From Haliotis rubra (taxonomy: Eukaryota), in assembly GCF_003918875.1 (NCBI RefSeq), contig NW_025765403.1, positions 1,674,001 to 1,738,000 of the forward strand: DNA of 64,000 nt. Direction: 5' to 3'. Each line of letters starts with the position of its first letter. Positions within the stretch are counted from its first letter, which is position 1. Positions 22,737 to 35,167 of the stretch are shown piece after piece. Position numbers and translations under genes: made by a program. Under the pieces are notes generated by a model. That model searched no databases. It was not told the DNA's origin and was given only the letters and a program-made list of their open reading frames with translations.

Positions 22737-22969
22737 GAGTGAGTGAGTTGGATTTTACGCCGCTTTTAGCAATATTCCAGCGATATTACAGCAGGGGACA
22801 CCAGGAATGGGCTTCACGCATTTTGCCGATTGATCGTGGATGGGCCTGGGTTATACTTTTCGGTAAATTTGAACTTGATAGACGATTGTTGAAACCCACG
22901 TGGGGATTCGAACACGGGCCTTCGGCGTGACGAGCGAACGCTTTAACCACAGGACAACCACACCTCCCC
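22737..22969 (-). mobile_element. SINE family A carrying an internal copy of the MCT exon-1 end
   Basis: The SINE consensus is interrupted at 22822-22895 by sequence matching 26468-26549. Confidence 0.88.
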
Positions 22970-23489
22970 TCTTAATCATTAATGTGCTTTTATATATCTG
23001 CAAAAACTTATTATTATCTATATTAGAAAAAGACAACCCATGAAGCATATAATTTATGCTGAGTAGGGTTTAAGTCCTCATACGTGAGTCATGATCAATT
23101 GGACGGCCTCGATCTATTCCTAGGCATGCAGTGATTGTGTCAACAAGATTAGTGCCATTTTAGGGGTGGGGTGGGAGGTCACCCATTTTGTTCGGGGAGG
23201 TAGGGGGGTACACATGTTTCTAGGGGGTTCAACAATTTTGTACATAAAAATATTTTAAAATTATGCTTTAAAAGTGTGGAAAGGAGGGGGTACATGACAT
23301 GCAGGGGGGAGCACTTACTTTGTACATAAATATTAGGGGGGGGGTGTCATTCACATTGTACATTCTTCTCCATAAAAATCATCATCGCCACCACCACCTC
23401 CAACACCCCACCCCCAGCCATAAATTATGGCTGGGACCTAAAGGATTCAAGTAATCGTGAAATTATCTGAATTCGTACACAAATCCGAA

Positions 23490-23950
23490 GAGTACAAAAT
23501 GCCTCAGCTCGGTTAAATCATCGCTGCAAGAAAACATCCAATGTAACACCATTATTGATGAATCTCCACTGGCTCCCAGTACAAGCTAGAATCGAATTCA
23601 AAGTGTTATCCCTGACCTACAGCTGTTACCATGATGTTGCACCAGGATATCTGAAAGAACTTCTCCAGAAATATACTTCAAGCAAAAACCTGAGATCATA
23701 TGATCAACTTCTATTTACCATCCCCAAGATCAAGCTCAAATCCTTCGGCCAAATACCATTCTCATTCTGTGATCCTTTTCTCTGGAACTATCTTCCTTTT
23801 GATATCAAAACCTCCCCATCTTTAGCTGTTTTTTAAGTCTAAACTTAAGACCCATCTCTTCTCCAAGTACTGCCCTTGATGCCTGCGCTTTGCGCAACTG
23901 CAACGGATGGAAAACAGCGCATAATAAAAGGGCTTGTTATTATATCATCA
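23490..23950 (+). mobile_element. L2/CR1-group LINE 3' remnant
   Basis: ORF 23555-23836 contains LHWLPVQARIEFKVL and FSFCDPFLWNYLP, typical of the L2-type ORF2 C-terminus. Confidence 0.8.
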
Positions 23951-24454
23951 TTAAATGTAGTATATATATATAATGCTATTACTATGTATACCCTACATAC
24001 ATATATACCGTACACGTCCAGACCTCAACACTAGTCATTAGTTTCGAGTACACACTATTAGTTACACTGTGTTTTGATACGGTGTACAGGACTGTAAGAC
24101 CCTTGTAAATTCCGTATTTCCTGAGACGCAGCCAAAGGGTCTAACAATCCCGTACACCCTTTCAAAACAGTGTGACGAATTTATTACCCTTAAGATTTTT
24201 TATTTTGCTTATGTTTAAACAACAACATTCAATCATCGGCAGAATGAGACACAAAACGTTTTGCCATGATTTTCTTGATAAAAATTATCGACTTTGAGGT
24301 TTTGTTAAACGACAAGTGAAATACAGAAACATTTTATTATTGGATACTTCGGATACATTTATTGACACAAACAAATAAGAAATTATGGCAACAATGTTAT
24401 TATTCTGTTTATTCTGTATACTCATAATTGTATACGTCAGCTCTAAACTTTCGA

Positions 24455-25715
24455 GCAGAAGCAAATGCCATATTAACAGCTCTTAAATATATTAATAAAC
24501 ATCGTGAATATAAACAATACATAATCTTCTCTGATTGTCTTTCGTGCCTTCAGGCTATTAAAAATCATTCTTGTAAACATCCACTTTTAATTTAATTATT
24601 GAATTGTATAATGATCTTGCTACTGGCCAATGCGACATCGTCTTTTGTTGGTTACCCAGCCAATGCGACATCGTCTTTTGTTGGTTACCCAGCCACGTTG
24701 GCATTTCTGGGAACACAATGGCCGATCTTGCTGCCAAGGCAGCACTCAACAAATCTGTGACACCACTTCTTATCCCATACTCTGATTACAAAGCTAGCAT
24801 TAGAACCTACATCCGTGATCTGATGCAGAAGAAGTGGGACACCCAAGTAGGTATCAATAAATTACATGCAATAAAACCCTATATCGGTTACACCTACTTG
24901 GGTTGTCAGTCCAGATTTGAAGAGGTCATTATGCGACGATGTCGCATTGGCCATACTAGATATGCCCACGAATATTTATTGAGAGGCGAAGATCCTCCGT
25001 TTTGTATCCCTTGTGATGAAAGAATCACGGTCAAGCATGTCTTGCTTGACTGTGTTGAATATTCCATCACAAGGGATAACTATTTCAAATCACGAACAAT
25101 GAAGGATCTTTTTAATAATATAAGTTCTCATTTAATTATTGCATTTTTAAAAGAATTAAATTTGTTAAAGTGATTTGTAAATAGATATTTTTTTATAATT
25201 GGAAGTTTAAATTTGTAACTCAGATTGTTAGTGGCAGTATCCTCAAGGGAGGTTAAAGTACTGTATAAATATTGTCCTCCCGAGAGAGTACGTAAGTCTC
25301 AAAATATTCACAGTAACTTTAAACTCTCCACTTTTTTAATCGTAGGATATGTGTATTTTTAATGTATGGCTATGTTTGTCTCAATTGCTAACAGCTGAAG
25401 GGATGGTGTAAATCCAGCTGGGGTCCATGCAGGTAGCAAATGTGCTATAAGTCCCCATGGTCCCTAGTATGGTGATCTACCTTCAGTTGTTGGTAATCTA
25501 TAGCCTGTTTTAACATTGTATTGTCATGTATGGTTAAACTGTTTTAGGTTTAATCACTAGTTTTAAATTCATATATGTGATAGTGTAGTTGTTTTACTGT
25601 CCTTTGTTGACAGGTTTTTATATTTTATCATAAATAACTATGTATAACAATTAATTGTTCTCGTCACGATATGGCTGAAATATTGCCGATGTGACGATAC
25701 ATTTTAACTCGCTCA
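24455..25715 (+). mobile_element. 5'-truncated I-group (Nimb/Ingi/Loa-like) LINE: RNase H C-terminus, CCHC knuckle and 3' UTR
   Basis: AEANAILTAL, IIFSDCLSCLQAI, WLPSHVGISGNTMAD, RCRIGHT and CIPCDERITVKHVLLDC, with a tail ending AACTCGCTCA. Near-perfect TSD CTCTAAA(C/A)TTTCGA at 24441-24454 and 25716-25729. Contains a 33-bp internal duplication and stop codons. Confidence 0.88.
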
Positions 25716-26081
25716 CTCTAAAATTTCGAAGCGGTCAGCCGTTTGGCAGCCATATTCCATCTAAGGTCAAGATACACCCTAGCAAGTCCACCTACATGGT
25801 TTGGTGTGCTTTTGCCATCGACCAATCAGAATTCGACAAATTTATCTTAAGGGTAATAATGAAATGTATAACTGTAATATCCTTGTTCATCCTAACTTTA
25901 TGACTGACTGTTTATATTGTATTTCGCGTTGTTCATTTTGTGAAAGTGAAGTATATCAATTGTAGTTTAGAATCTGTTCCTGTTCGGAACCAGTTGGTAC
26001 CATACCACATTAATCGTACTAACAGTATGACTGTTCTGCTTCAGTTGTGTCTAAGCCTCGCAAGAAAATTGGTTTCGAATA

Positions 26082-29000
26082 ATGGAGCCAAACAGCACAC
26101 ACGATGCCTATGGGCTCACTAACAGACAGGGCAGAGATCATCAGTTGGGTCTTTCACAAGTTGAAGACAGTTGTAACGAACTGGATAGCAAGGAAATGCA
26201 GGCAGTGGATAGGAATTGTGATAGTACCATGCCTGTCATCATTTGCCACAGTGCTGCCATACAACCGGAGCCTGGAAGAAAACACGTGGAAACAGAGGTG
26301 ATGGAGAACACTTGTGATGATGAAGATGGCGGTGATGATGATGGTGATGATGATGAGGAGGAGGAGGAGGATGGTGATGACATGACTGAAACTAAGAAAT
26401 TGACCGCAACATTAAATAAACAGCCCGGTGAAATCAAAGAGGGAGAAGAAGATGAAGAAGACAATAATTTGCCGATTGATCGTGGATGGGCCTGGGTGGT
26501 ACTTTTCGGTAAATTTGAGCTTTTTACCTTGAAGGATGATTGTTGAAACATGGGGAATCTTGACCCCCATGACCCCATGATTATACTGTTTTCTAAACAT
26601 TNNNNNNNNNNNNNNNNNNNNNNNNNNNNNNNNNNNNNNNNNNNNNNNNNNNNNNNNNNNNNNNNNNNNNNNNNNNNNNNNNNNNNNNNNNNNNNNNNNN
26701 NNNNNNNNNNNNNNNNNNNNNNNNNNNNNNNNNNNNNNNNNNNNNNNNNNNNNNNNNNNNNNTTAGCAATTTTCCAGCAATATCAGAAATGGGCACCACG
26801 CATTTTGCCCATGTGGGGAATCGAACCCGGGTCTTCGACGTGACGAGCTAACGCTTTTGCCACAGGCAAAGTCACACAGACGCACACACCTAACAGCAGA
26901 TGGTGTATATATACCTACGTGTGTGTATGAAACTAATGAATACGGGTTTTAGAGATTATTTACTCATTGACAATGACATAAGAATTCCAATAAGCTAAAT
27001 CCTATCTCCTTCAACTAGGTTGCTTTCTGATCGTGTTGCTGATGGCCGGCTACAGCAAGGGCATCGCTATTGTGTTCGTGGAATACATTGAAGTATTTGA
27101 CGCACCTGCGTCAAAAACCACTCTCTTATTTTGGGTTATAACAGGCACATACAGCATTGCATGTAAGTATCATATAATCATTTTATAAGTTTTACTAAAA
27201 CAAAGGTAAGCATGGTGGCTAAGCGATCGGGTTATGACCGAAAGCCTTGGTTTTATCCCCAAGAACCAGACAATGCTTGTAACTTCTGTCTCATGCATCA
27301 TACCTTCCACACGGTTAACTTCTTCGAAACAAACTTCGGTGGCACAGACAATCTGCAATGGAATTGGTTGGCTGGTTGTTGTTTAACGCCGCACTCAGCC
27401 GCTATATGGCGGCGGTCTATAAATAATCGAGTCTGAACCAGACAAACCAGTCGTCAACAGCACGCACATCGATCTACACCATTGGGATACAATGACGTGT
27501 GTCAACCAAGTCAGCGAGGATGACCACCCGATCCCATAAGTCGCCTTTCATGACAAGCATGGGTTACTGAAGATCAATTCTAACACGGATCTTCACGGGT
27601 CTGATTGCAGAGAGGTAGTTATGCATCCAGAGAAGCTCCAAGTGTTTTCTGACGCAGTGAATAAAGAATATATTACAGTAAAGAGTCAGAGGAAGTTAGA
27701 AATATCGAGTCTGAACCAGACAATTCTGTGATCAACAGCAATAGCATCGCTATTCGCAACTGGGATACAACGATATGTGTCAGCGAGCCTGACCACCCGA
27801 TCCCGTTAGTTTCCTCTTACGGCAAGCATGGGTTACTGAAGGTGAATTCTAACACGGATCAAGGGTTGCAATTGGAACACAGATAATTAACGCCGAACAC
27901 TCATTAGAGTTATTTAACATCATTCCGACTTAGTACCTAACGAGGACAGCGTAGGAACTCAACTGACAAGACCTCCAGAAAGCCGTTTCAGGTTGATTTG
28001 TGGCAATGTTTTACTGTTGTAATGATCTTCCACTTGAACTGCTTTAAAACTACTATCGGCTGGAATAACGAAATGATGCATTTATTGATTTCATCATAAT
28101 ACGTTAAAATAATGTTGATGTGTATGTGTGCCAGATTTCACCACATACTCACCTCCTGTTAGGTACGTAAATCCCAGACCATGCAAAGTAAATTTAGACT
28201 CTACATATTTTACTCGTAGAATATGTGCATTTTTAATGTATGGCTTCATTTGTCGAAATTGCAATTTTCCTACAACCGCCAGCGGCTGAAGGGATGATGT
28301 AAATCCAGCTAGGGCCCATGCAGGAAGCACATGTACTGCAAGCCACCATATTCCCTAGTATGGTGATCTGCCTTCAGTTGTTGTCAATCTATACTCCGTT
28401 TTTTATATTGTATGGTCATCTACATGTATAGATAAAATAGTTTAGATTTAATTACTAGTCATCAATTTATTCCTGTGATATTCTAGTTGTTTACTGTTCT
28501 TTGTATACAGGTAAGTATATTATATAAGTTTGTTTTTATTCATTTATACATGTACAACTTTCTTAGTCACGATATGGCTGAAATACTGCCGATGTGACTT
28601 TAAATTTTAACTCACTCACTCATCCCTTGTTAGATTTAGTCTCATCCAGGTTCCAGCTACAGTTGTACATATTTGTACTGACTCCTTGTTAGTTTTAGTC
28701 TCATCCAGGTTCCAGCTACAGTTGTACATATTTGTACTGACTCCTTGTTAGACTTAGTCTCATCCAGGTTCCAGCTACAGTTGTACATATTTGTACTGAC
28801 TCCTTGTTAGATTTAGTCTCATCCAGGTTCCAGCTACAGTTGTACATATTTGTACTGACTCCTTGTTAGATTAAGTCTCATCCAGGTTCCAGCTACAGTT
28901 GTACATATTTGTACTGACTCCTTGTTAGTTTTAGTCTCATCCAGGTTCCAGCTACAGTTGTACATATTTGTACTGACTCCTTGACTCCTTGTTAGATTTA

Positions 29001-32000
29001 GTCTCATCCAGGTTCCAGCTACAGTTGTACATATTTGTACTGACTCCTTGTTAGGTTTAGTCTCATCCTGGTTCCAGCTACAGTTGTACATATTTGTACT
29101 GACTCCTTGTTAGATTTAGTCTCATCCTGGTTCCAGCTACAGTTGTACATATTTGTACTGACGCATTTACAAAAATATGTGTCCATGCCGTATGTATTTA
29201 TATGTGTGTAAAATATGCTTGTTTCAGCTGTGCTTACAATGCACATCCTTCTTGGAGCAATAGGTATCAGGAAGACTGTCATGTTGGGGGTAATGCTGAA
29301 TGTCATTGCAATGGTCACAGCCATATTTGCAAAAAGTATCACCTATCTTATCTGCACCCACAGTCTTCTGATGGGTACGTACAGTCACAAGACCGGTTTA
29401 CTCAGGGAATGTACATTACACTCTGAAGTAGAGGGTAGTGTTCAAATATATTATCAGAATAGTAACATTTCTACCTTCTGTGATATTTGGTTAAGAATTT
29501 TGGGTATGTTTTCACATATATTCCCATAGGTACGTACATGCGATATGATATGATATGATACATATGATAGGAATTAAAAAGTTTGGTTATCAAACTCCGT
29601 TGATAATGTAATAGTCCGTCATAATTATTCACATATAATCGTTTAAACCATCTGCATACGTATGAAAAATATACGCTCAATGTCCATGTACAAATCCGCA
29701 TGGGACCCGTGAAGATCCGGGTTAGAATATTTATCTTCAGTAACCCATGCTTGTCGTAAGATGCGACTAACGGGATCGGCTCCCAATTGCGCAGATCGAT
29801 ACTCATGCTGTTGATCACTGGATTATCTGGTCCAGATTCGATTATATACAGACCGCCGCCATATAGCTGGAATATTGCTGGGTGCGGCGTAAAACTAAAT
29901 CCACTCACTCACTCACAAATCCGCATGGATATTTAATTATCTATCAAATAGCTGTATAGATAGATCTGTGTTTATGAGGAATGTAGGCCACTCTTACAGT
30001 CTAAGTGTCTTTTCAGTACTTAGTGAGACCTCCTTCCCCTGCAATACAAGACTGAATGCGGCTAGGTACACTACCGATCACAGTTTGTAGGAAATCGTGT
30101 GACAGCGTATCCCAATATTCGACCACTTCTTTCTTCATATCCTCAAAATTTCTAAGTCCTTTTTGGTTAATTCTATCCTTAAATAGTCCCCACACAAGAT
30201 CTGGGCTGCAGCTGTGCCAGTCTAACACTTGAACATTTTCGTCCGACTAACCACTGTTGTATGTAGCCCGCAGTGTGTTGTGGGTAGTTATCATGCTGGA
30301 AAATCCAGTTATCTTCATATAGTGTTCGGGCCGTTGGAAGGAGGTGACCATTTAAGATGTCAACATATCGTTCCTTCGTCAAATTTCCAGTGAAAATACA
30401 CAACGGGGTCACTCCACGTGATGATATCCTACCCCACATGTGAAATTTCGGGCTATGTTTTGGGCGTTGGTATATAGGTTTCACGGTATCTTTTGTCCAA
30501 GTTTTCACACATTTAAGAAAAAGACAGACAGAGCTTTCATAAGGAAAGAAAACAACATTATCTCAATCTTGATTTGCGAGAGGCCTACATCAGTTTAAAG
30601 TCATTCGTTTTGTGCATCTTTCATCATTGGTGAAGGCATTCCGCGCTTTTTTCACCCAGTTAAGTCTTTCAAATTATTGTCTAAGGGTTTCATTACATAC
30701 CCGAGGGCTTCCTCTATTAATCATTCTCAACGCTTTTCAATTTTCCCCTACTCACAATCTGACCAAGTTGCCGGTGATCCCGTAGTACTAGGCTTCCTTG
30801 GACTCCCTGTGCTCAATCCCAACTCATGGCTGATTATTTTTCAAAGTTCTGAAAACTGTAGACAGAAGAATGTCATATGTTTACCAGCTATTTCTTTTGC
30901 ATTAGTCGCACCCCTTTCAAAATCAGCTTTCTCTCTTCTGCTGTCAAATCTGTCATGTCAAAGAAGGACACTGTCTGGTACACCAGGGGAGATTACTCTT
31001 GATGCAGTAGGGTTTATTCTTAAGCCTACAAGAGTTGCCTCCCATACTGGGTACCTTACTACAGATTGTAACCTATTTTACAATTCTAGTATCAGTACTA
31101 GGAAACAAAGATTTTCTCAATAATTTCTGGGAAAATAATAAATATAAAAAGATGAGTCCAGATAACCCTTCCTGTCAAAACGCCTTTATCTGCGCATGAT
31201 CGTTCGCCGTTCAACTGCTCTTAGGGTGTACAATGAAAACTAAGTGTAGTCAAAGGTGACGTATAACGTGGACTCATCTTTTATATATATGGTGATCATA
31301 TCCTGCCACACAAATTTGTACTAAAAAGACCCCCAAAACCACACCCATAAATGCATGCATGATCTTGTCATATATTTGCCTGATCCATCTAGCGATCATA
31401 TGGCACATATTGAAAATGTCCATGGTTCTATGTTCAATATCATTAGAGATATGTATTCAAAGACAAAGGCTAGTGTTAAGCTAAACAATTTAAATGTTTC
31501 GGAAAATTTTGATTCTTTGAGTGGGGTTCGGCAAGGTTGCATTTTAAGTCCTCTTCTATTTGCGTTGTTTGTTAACCAGTTGTATACGGAAATAACTACT
31601 TGTGGTGACAGGGGCGTATTTATTGACCCATAGTTTATGGAATTGTATTTGCTACTGTATACAGATGATTTATGTTTGTTTGCAGATTTTGCCATCAGTC
31701 CTCAGAGGAAGATCAATGTATTACTACAGTTTTGTAAAAAATGGGGCTTGTCTGTAAATTCTGAGAAAACAAAGGTGCTAGTCTTTAGAAATGGTGGTAA
31801 ATTAAGGGGTATGAATCATGGTACATGTACTTTGGTGATCATAAGTTAAATCGTTTCTACATATTATAATTATTTGGATTTATTGTTTTCAAATAGATTT
31901 AGATGGTCTAAAGCGGTTCAAAATCTGGTATATAAAGCGAATAGCGCCTTGTGCTCAGTTAAGGTTTTTGGTAGGAGACTAAAAACTATTTCTCCAACTA

Positions 32001-34849
32001 TTTTGTTCAAAATCTTTGACGTTCAGATAAAGCCGATAATTTTATACGCTTCGGAAATATATGTTTTTCGGAAATGGCATGCTAGTGAACAGTTTCACAT
32101 TAGATTTTGTAAGTATGTGTTGGGCGTAAGTTATAAATGCTCTAACGCTGCTGTTTTGGCGGAATGTGGTAGAAAATATAGTTATGTTGATAGTTTATTA
32201 CGTGTTATGAAGTATTGGTTCAAACTTTTACGCTTTCCAAAGGATAGAAATCAAAAGCAGTGTTATATTATGTTGCACACTTTAGACAAATTTGGTAGGA
32301 AAACGTGGGTATATTTTGTCCGAAATACTTTGTTCAATTATGGTTTTGGTTTTGTGTGGGAAGCTCAAGGAGTTGGCAACGAGGAACAGTTTTTGAAATA
32401 TTTTCATGTACGAGTTGGTGATTGTCAAAAGCAATTCATATTTTCAGAAATGCACAAATGTTCATCGCTTGGTGTCTATTCCAGTATCAAAACTATATTT
32501 TGATTTGACCCATATTTAACTTTATTGAAATATAAAGATGCGAGGCGTCGAATAATAATGTTACGAATCGGTGCACTTCCAATATATAAAAATACCGGTA
32601 GATTTGATGGAGTTCCGAGGCACCAAAGACTGTAATATTTGTAATGATAATTTTGTAGAAAATGAATTTCATTTCCTATTTGAATGAAAGGTTATCATAA
32701 TTTTCGCTGTAAGTATTTTAAAGCATTACCAAATTACATAGATCAGCAATATTTTCTGAACACATTATCCTGTACCAAGTTTTGAACACTAACAAATTTT
32801 TCTTCTTACATTAAGGAAGCATTGTCATTGCGTTCTTTATACATATGAATCTGATTGTCAATTGCCACTTTCCTATAATTACACGTTTATTTGTATTGTA
32901 CGTTGGCCTAAGGCCTTGTTACGAAATACACTTGATTGAATGATTGATTGCTATTAAAAAATGCATCGGACTTTACTTAATATGGAAATGTCATCCATAT
33001 TCCTACCTTAAACTTCTCTGAGGGTTGTACAAAGTCTGCATATATCCTTTATGTTGAAGGTGCGAGCAGTGCAATGGTACAACCTCCATGCTTTGTGATC
33101 CTGGGACACTACTTCAAGAAAAGACGTGGCTTGGCAACAACGATGTCAGTATCTGGAGTCAGCCTTGGGGGGATTATCTTTCCTCGCCTTATTCGATTCC
33201 TCGTGGATGAATACTCCATTAGAGGAGCCATGCTTATTCTCACTGGGCTCAGCATGAATATGTGGATTGGGGCCCTGCTTCTAAGACCCCTGGAATCCTT
33301 TCAAACAACCAAGAAGATTGCGTCACTTGAAGATGAAACAGAAAAGGAACCAGCAGCAAAGAAATGTAGTAACTGTTGTATCCCTATACCTAAGCGAGTC
33401 AATATTGACTTCACGCTGTTTTCGAAACCATTGTTTCAACTGACTATGTGTTTTGCACCATGTGCGATAATTGTCATATTAATAGGGGAATATTTGCCTT
33501 CTCTGACAATGGAAAAGGGGATATCCAAAACAGATACTGCAACACTGCTTACGATTTTCAACGCGGTAGATTTCGTGAGTAGATTGTGTCTAGGCGCCGT
33601 GGTTGATCGGAAATACGTGAAGGTTTATAACCTGATGGCGATTGGATTGTTCATCACTGGAACGGTAAATCACTTCACTTGGTTCTACAACACGTTTCTA
33701 CATCAGCTGGTATTCGTGGTGATCGTGGGACTATTTGGAAGTTTTTATCTTTGTTTGATACCTGTCGTTGTCGTGGAGTTTATGGGTTTGGAAGATATGG
33801 GGAAGACTCTTGGATTTATGTCCCTGTTCCATGGTATATCTGGATTCATCACACACCCGATTTTAGGTAAGATTATAACATTGTCATCAGAAATTTATTT
33901 CTCAATAGATAAACAATATAGTAATCATGAAGTGGAGGATGGCATTGTGTGGGGGTGGAGGTTTTGGGTTGGTGGGGGAATGTCACCTTCTGTAATAAGA
34001 GGAACACGACATTTCGGACCTCATCACATCGGGTATCACTTGTAAATGTCATTCAAAGTTCTCATGAAGAAGTCAGAATTATTCCCAGCTAAGTTGACGT
34101 CCATAACTTTCCGAGCATATGTATCCAACATGTATTTTATTACACTCGTTTTCATTTTAACACTACATAAAATGTTATATTATTTTAAACATTATATTTC
34201 CCCTTAAGTCTACTCCTCCTCAACTGACCTTCTTCCATTGCTCTTTCTCCAGCTCCATCAGCCTGCATCTCTGTTGTTCTGTCCCATCCGCAACCGCCTC
34301 TGTGGTGTAATGGTTAAAGCACCCGCCCGGAGAGCGGAATGTCGCGGTTATCGATCCCCGGCTGCGTCATACCAAAAGACGTTAAAATATGGTACTTGTT
34401 GATCGGCATTGATGAGTACAAGGACAGGACAGCTCGGAGTCAGTATAATGTGTCTGAATTAGGTATTCATGCTTAACTGCGGCATGGTATCTCAGTGAGC
34501 TCGCAATATAAAACCAGCTTAAGTCTTGGCTAGTACAAGCAGCCATATATGTACACACGCATGCACGCCGTCGTAAGTGCGACGTTAAACCCCATTCCAC
34601 GCGTTCACTCCCTCCTTCTCCTGCCATTATTCTTATAAAATTCTAGGTAAAAGAACTTTGTGTCTGATCAGAGATATCTATTTTGCTGCAGGTATTTTAC
34701 GAGATGCGACTGGTTCGTTCGATGCCTGCTTCAACTACATGGGATCATGTATATACTTAGGTGCTATTTTTCTCCTGCTCTCTCCCCTAGTTGTCCGGCT
34801 TGATGAGAAGAGAAAAGCTCTAAGGACTCAAACTGCATCAACTGCCTAA
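26082..34849 (+). CDS. SLC16: SLC16/MCT-family transporter, paralogue 3 (5 exons, ~560 aa; long acidic N-terminus, short central loop)
   Basis: Exons 26082-26508, 27019-27162, 29228-29374, 33060-33866 and 34692-34849 total 1683 nt in frame. Motifs: LPIDRGWAW, YFKKRRGLA, DFVSR, GILRDATGSF. Intron 1 spans the N gap. Confidence 0.9.
26602..26762. other. Assembly gap (161 N)
   Basis: Run of N. Confidence 1.
26763..26866 (-). mobile_element. SINE family A, partial
   Basis: Family A body and B box next to the gap. Confidence 0.8.
27365..27860 (-). mobile_element. Two SINE family C copies (27365-27601 and ~27705-27860)
   Basis: Both match the family C consensus. Confidence 0.85.
28190..28622 (+). 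mobile_element. I-group LINE 3' UTR fragment
   Basis: Similar to 25310-25715, ending AACTCACTCACTCA. Confidence 0.8.
28625..29162. repeat. 59-bp minisatellite, 9 near-identical copies
   Basis: Unit CCTTGTTAGATTTAGTCTCATCCAGGTTCCAGCTACAGTTGTACATATTTGTACTGACT, with one extra 8-bp slip at ~28979. Confidence 0.97.
29704..29914 (+). mobile_element. SINE family C (internally deleted)
   Basis: TSD ACAAATCCGCATGG at 29690-29703 and 29915-29928. Starts GACCCGTGAAG. Confidence 0.9.
30013..31287 (-). mobile_element. Decayed Tc1/mariner transposon
   Basis: Frameshifted DDE transposase pieces: FHMWGRIS, WIFQHDNYPQHTA, WHSCSPDL..VWG, SRIQSCIAGEGGLTKY. The upstream boundary is uncertain. Confidence 0.8.
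31400..32950 (+). mobile_element. 5'-truncated non-LTR retrotransposon (RT domain; RTE-X-like)
   Basis: GVRQGCILSPLLFALFVN, LLYTDDL, FDVQIKPIILYASE and FCKYVLGV...NAAVLAECGR, with stops, frameshifts and a (TTGA)n tail. The clade assignment is tentative. Confidence 0.85.
34292..34610 (+). mobile_element. SINE family B
   Basis: Matches 7001-7338. Confidence 0.85.
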
Positions 34850-35167
34850 TTCTTGTCCAATGTTTCCTTTGACAAACTAATTTTGGCATCACAAATAGTT
34901 AAAAATAAATAATCAGACGTTCTAAACTGAATTCGAAAACCAGCCAAGTAGCCTTGAGAATTTACGGATAATCTATATCCAAAAGAATTGGTCACAACTA
35001 TGCACTGAAAGAATGTCACGTTTAGAAATATCACAGGAGAAATATGAATAAATAACCTCTTAAAGCCTGCTAGCTTGAGCACCTTTTGGGGGGTGAACCA
35101 AAACTGATAACGACCACGAGGTTTCCGGCTTAACTAGCTGCAATCTATGGATGTTTCCAAACAGGAT

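Noticed and set aside
22739-22930. A sixth MCT gene
   Set aside because: Only 74 nt of exon 1 are present, inside a SINE, with no exons 2-5 of its own. Reported as a finding instead.
24604-25173. Host RNase H gene
   Set aside because: 5'-truncated, with stops and an internal duplication, a LINE tail and a TSD.
26141-26578. Antisense Ser-rich ORF, and the many other 60-150-aa ORFs in the track
   Set aside because: Shadows of real exons, SINEs or microsatellites, with no recognisable domains or splice support.
28625-29162. CRISPR array or repetitive protein (ORFs 28834-29091 and 29019-29342)
   Set aside because: Head-to-tail 59-bp minisatellite; the ORFs are by-products of the repeat.
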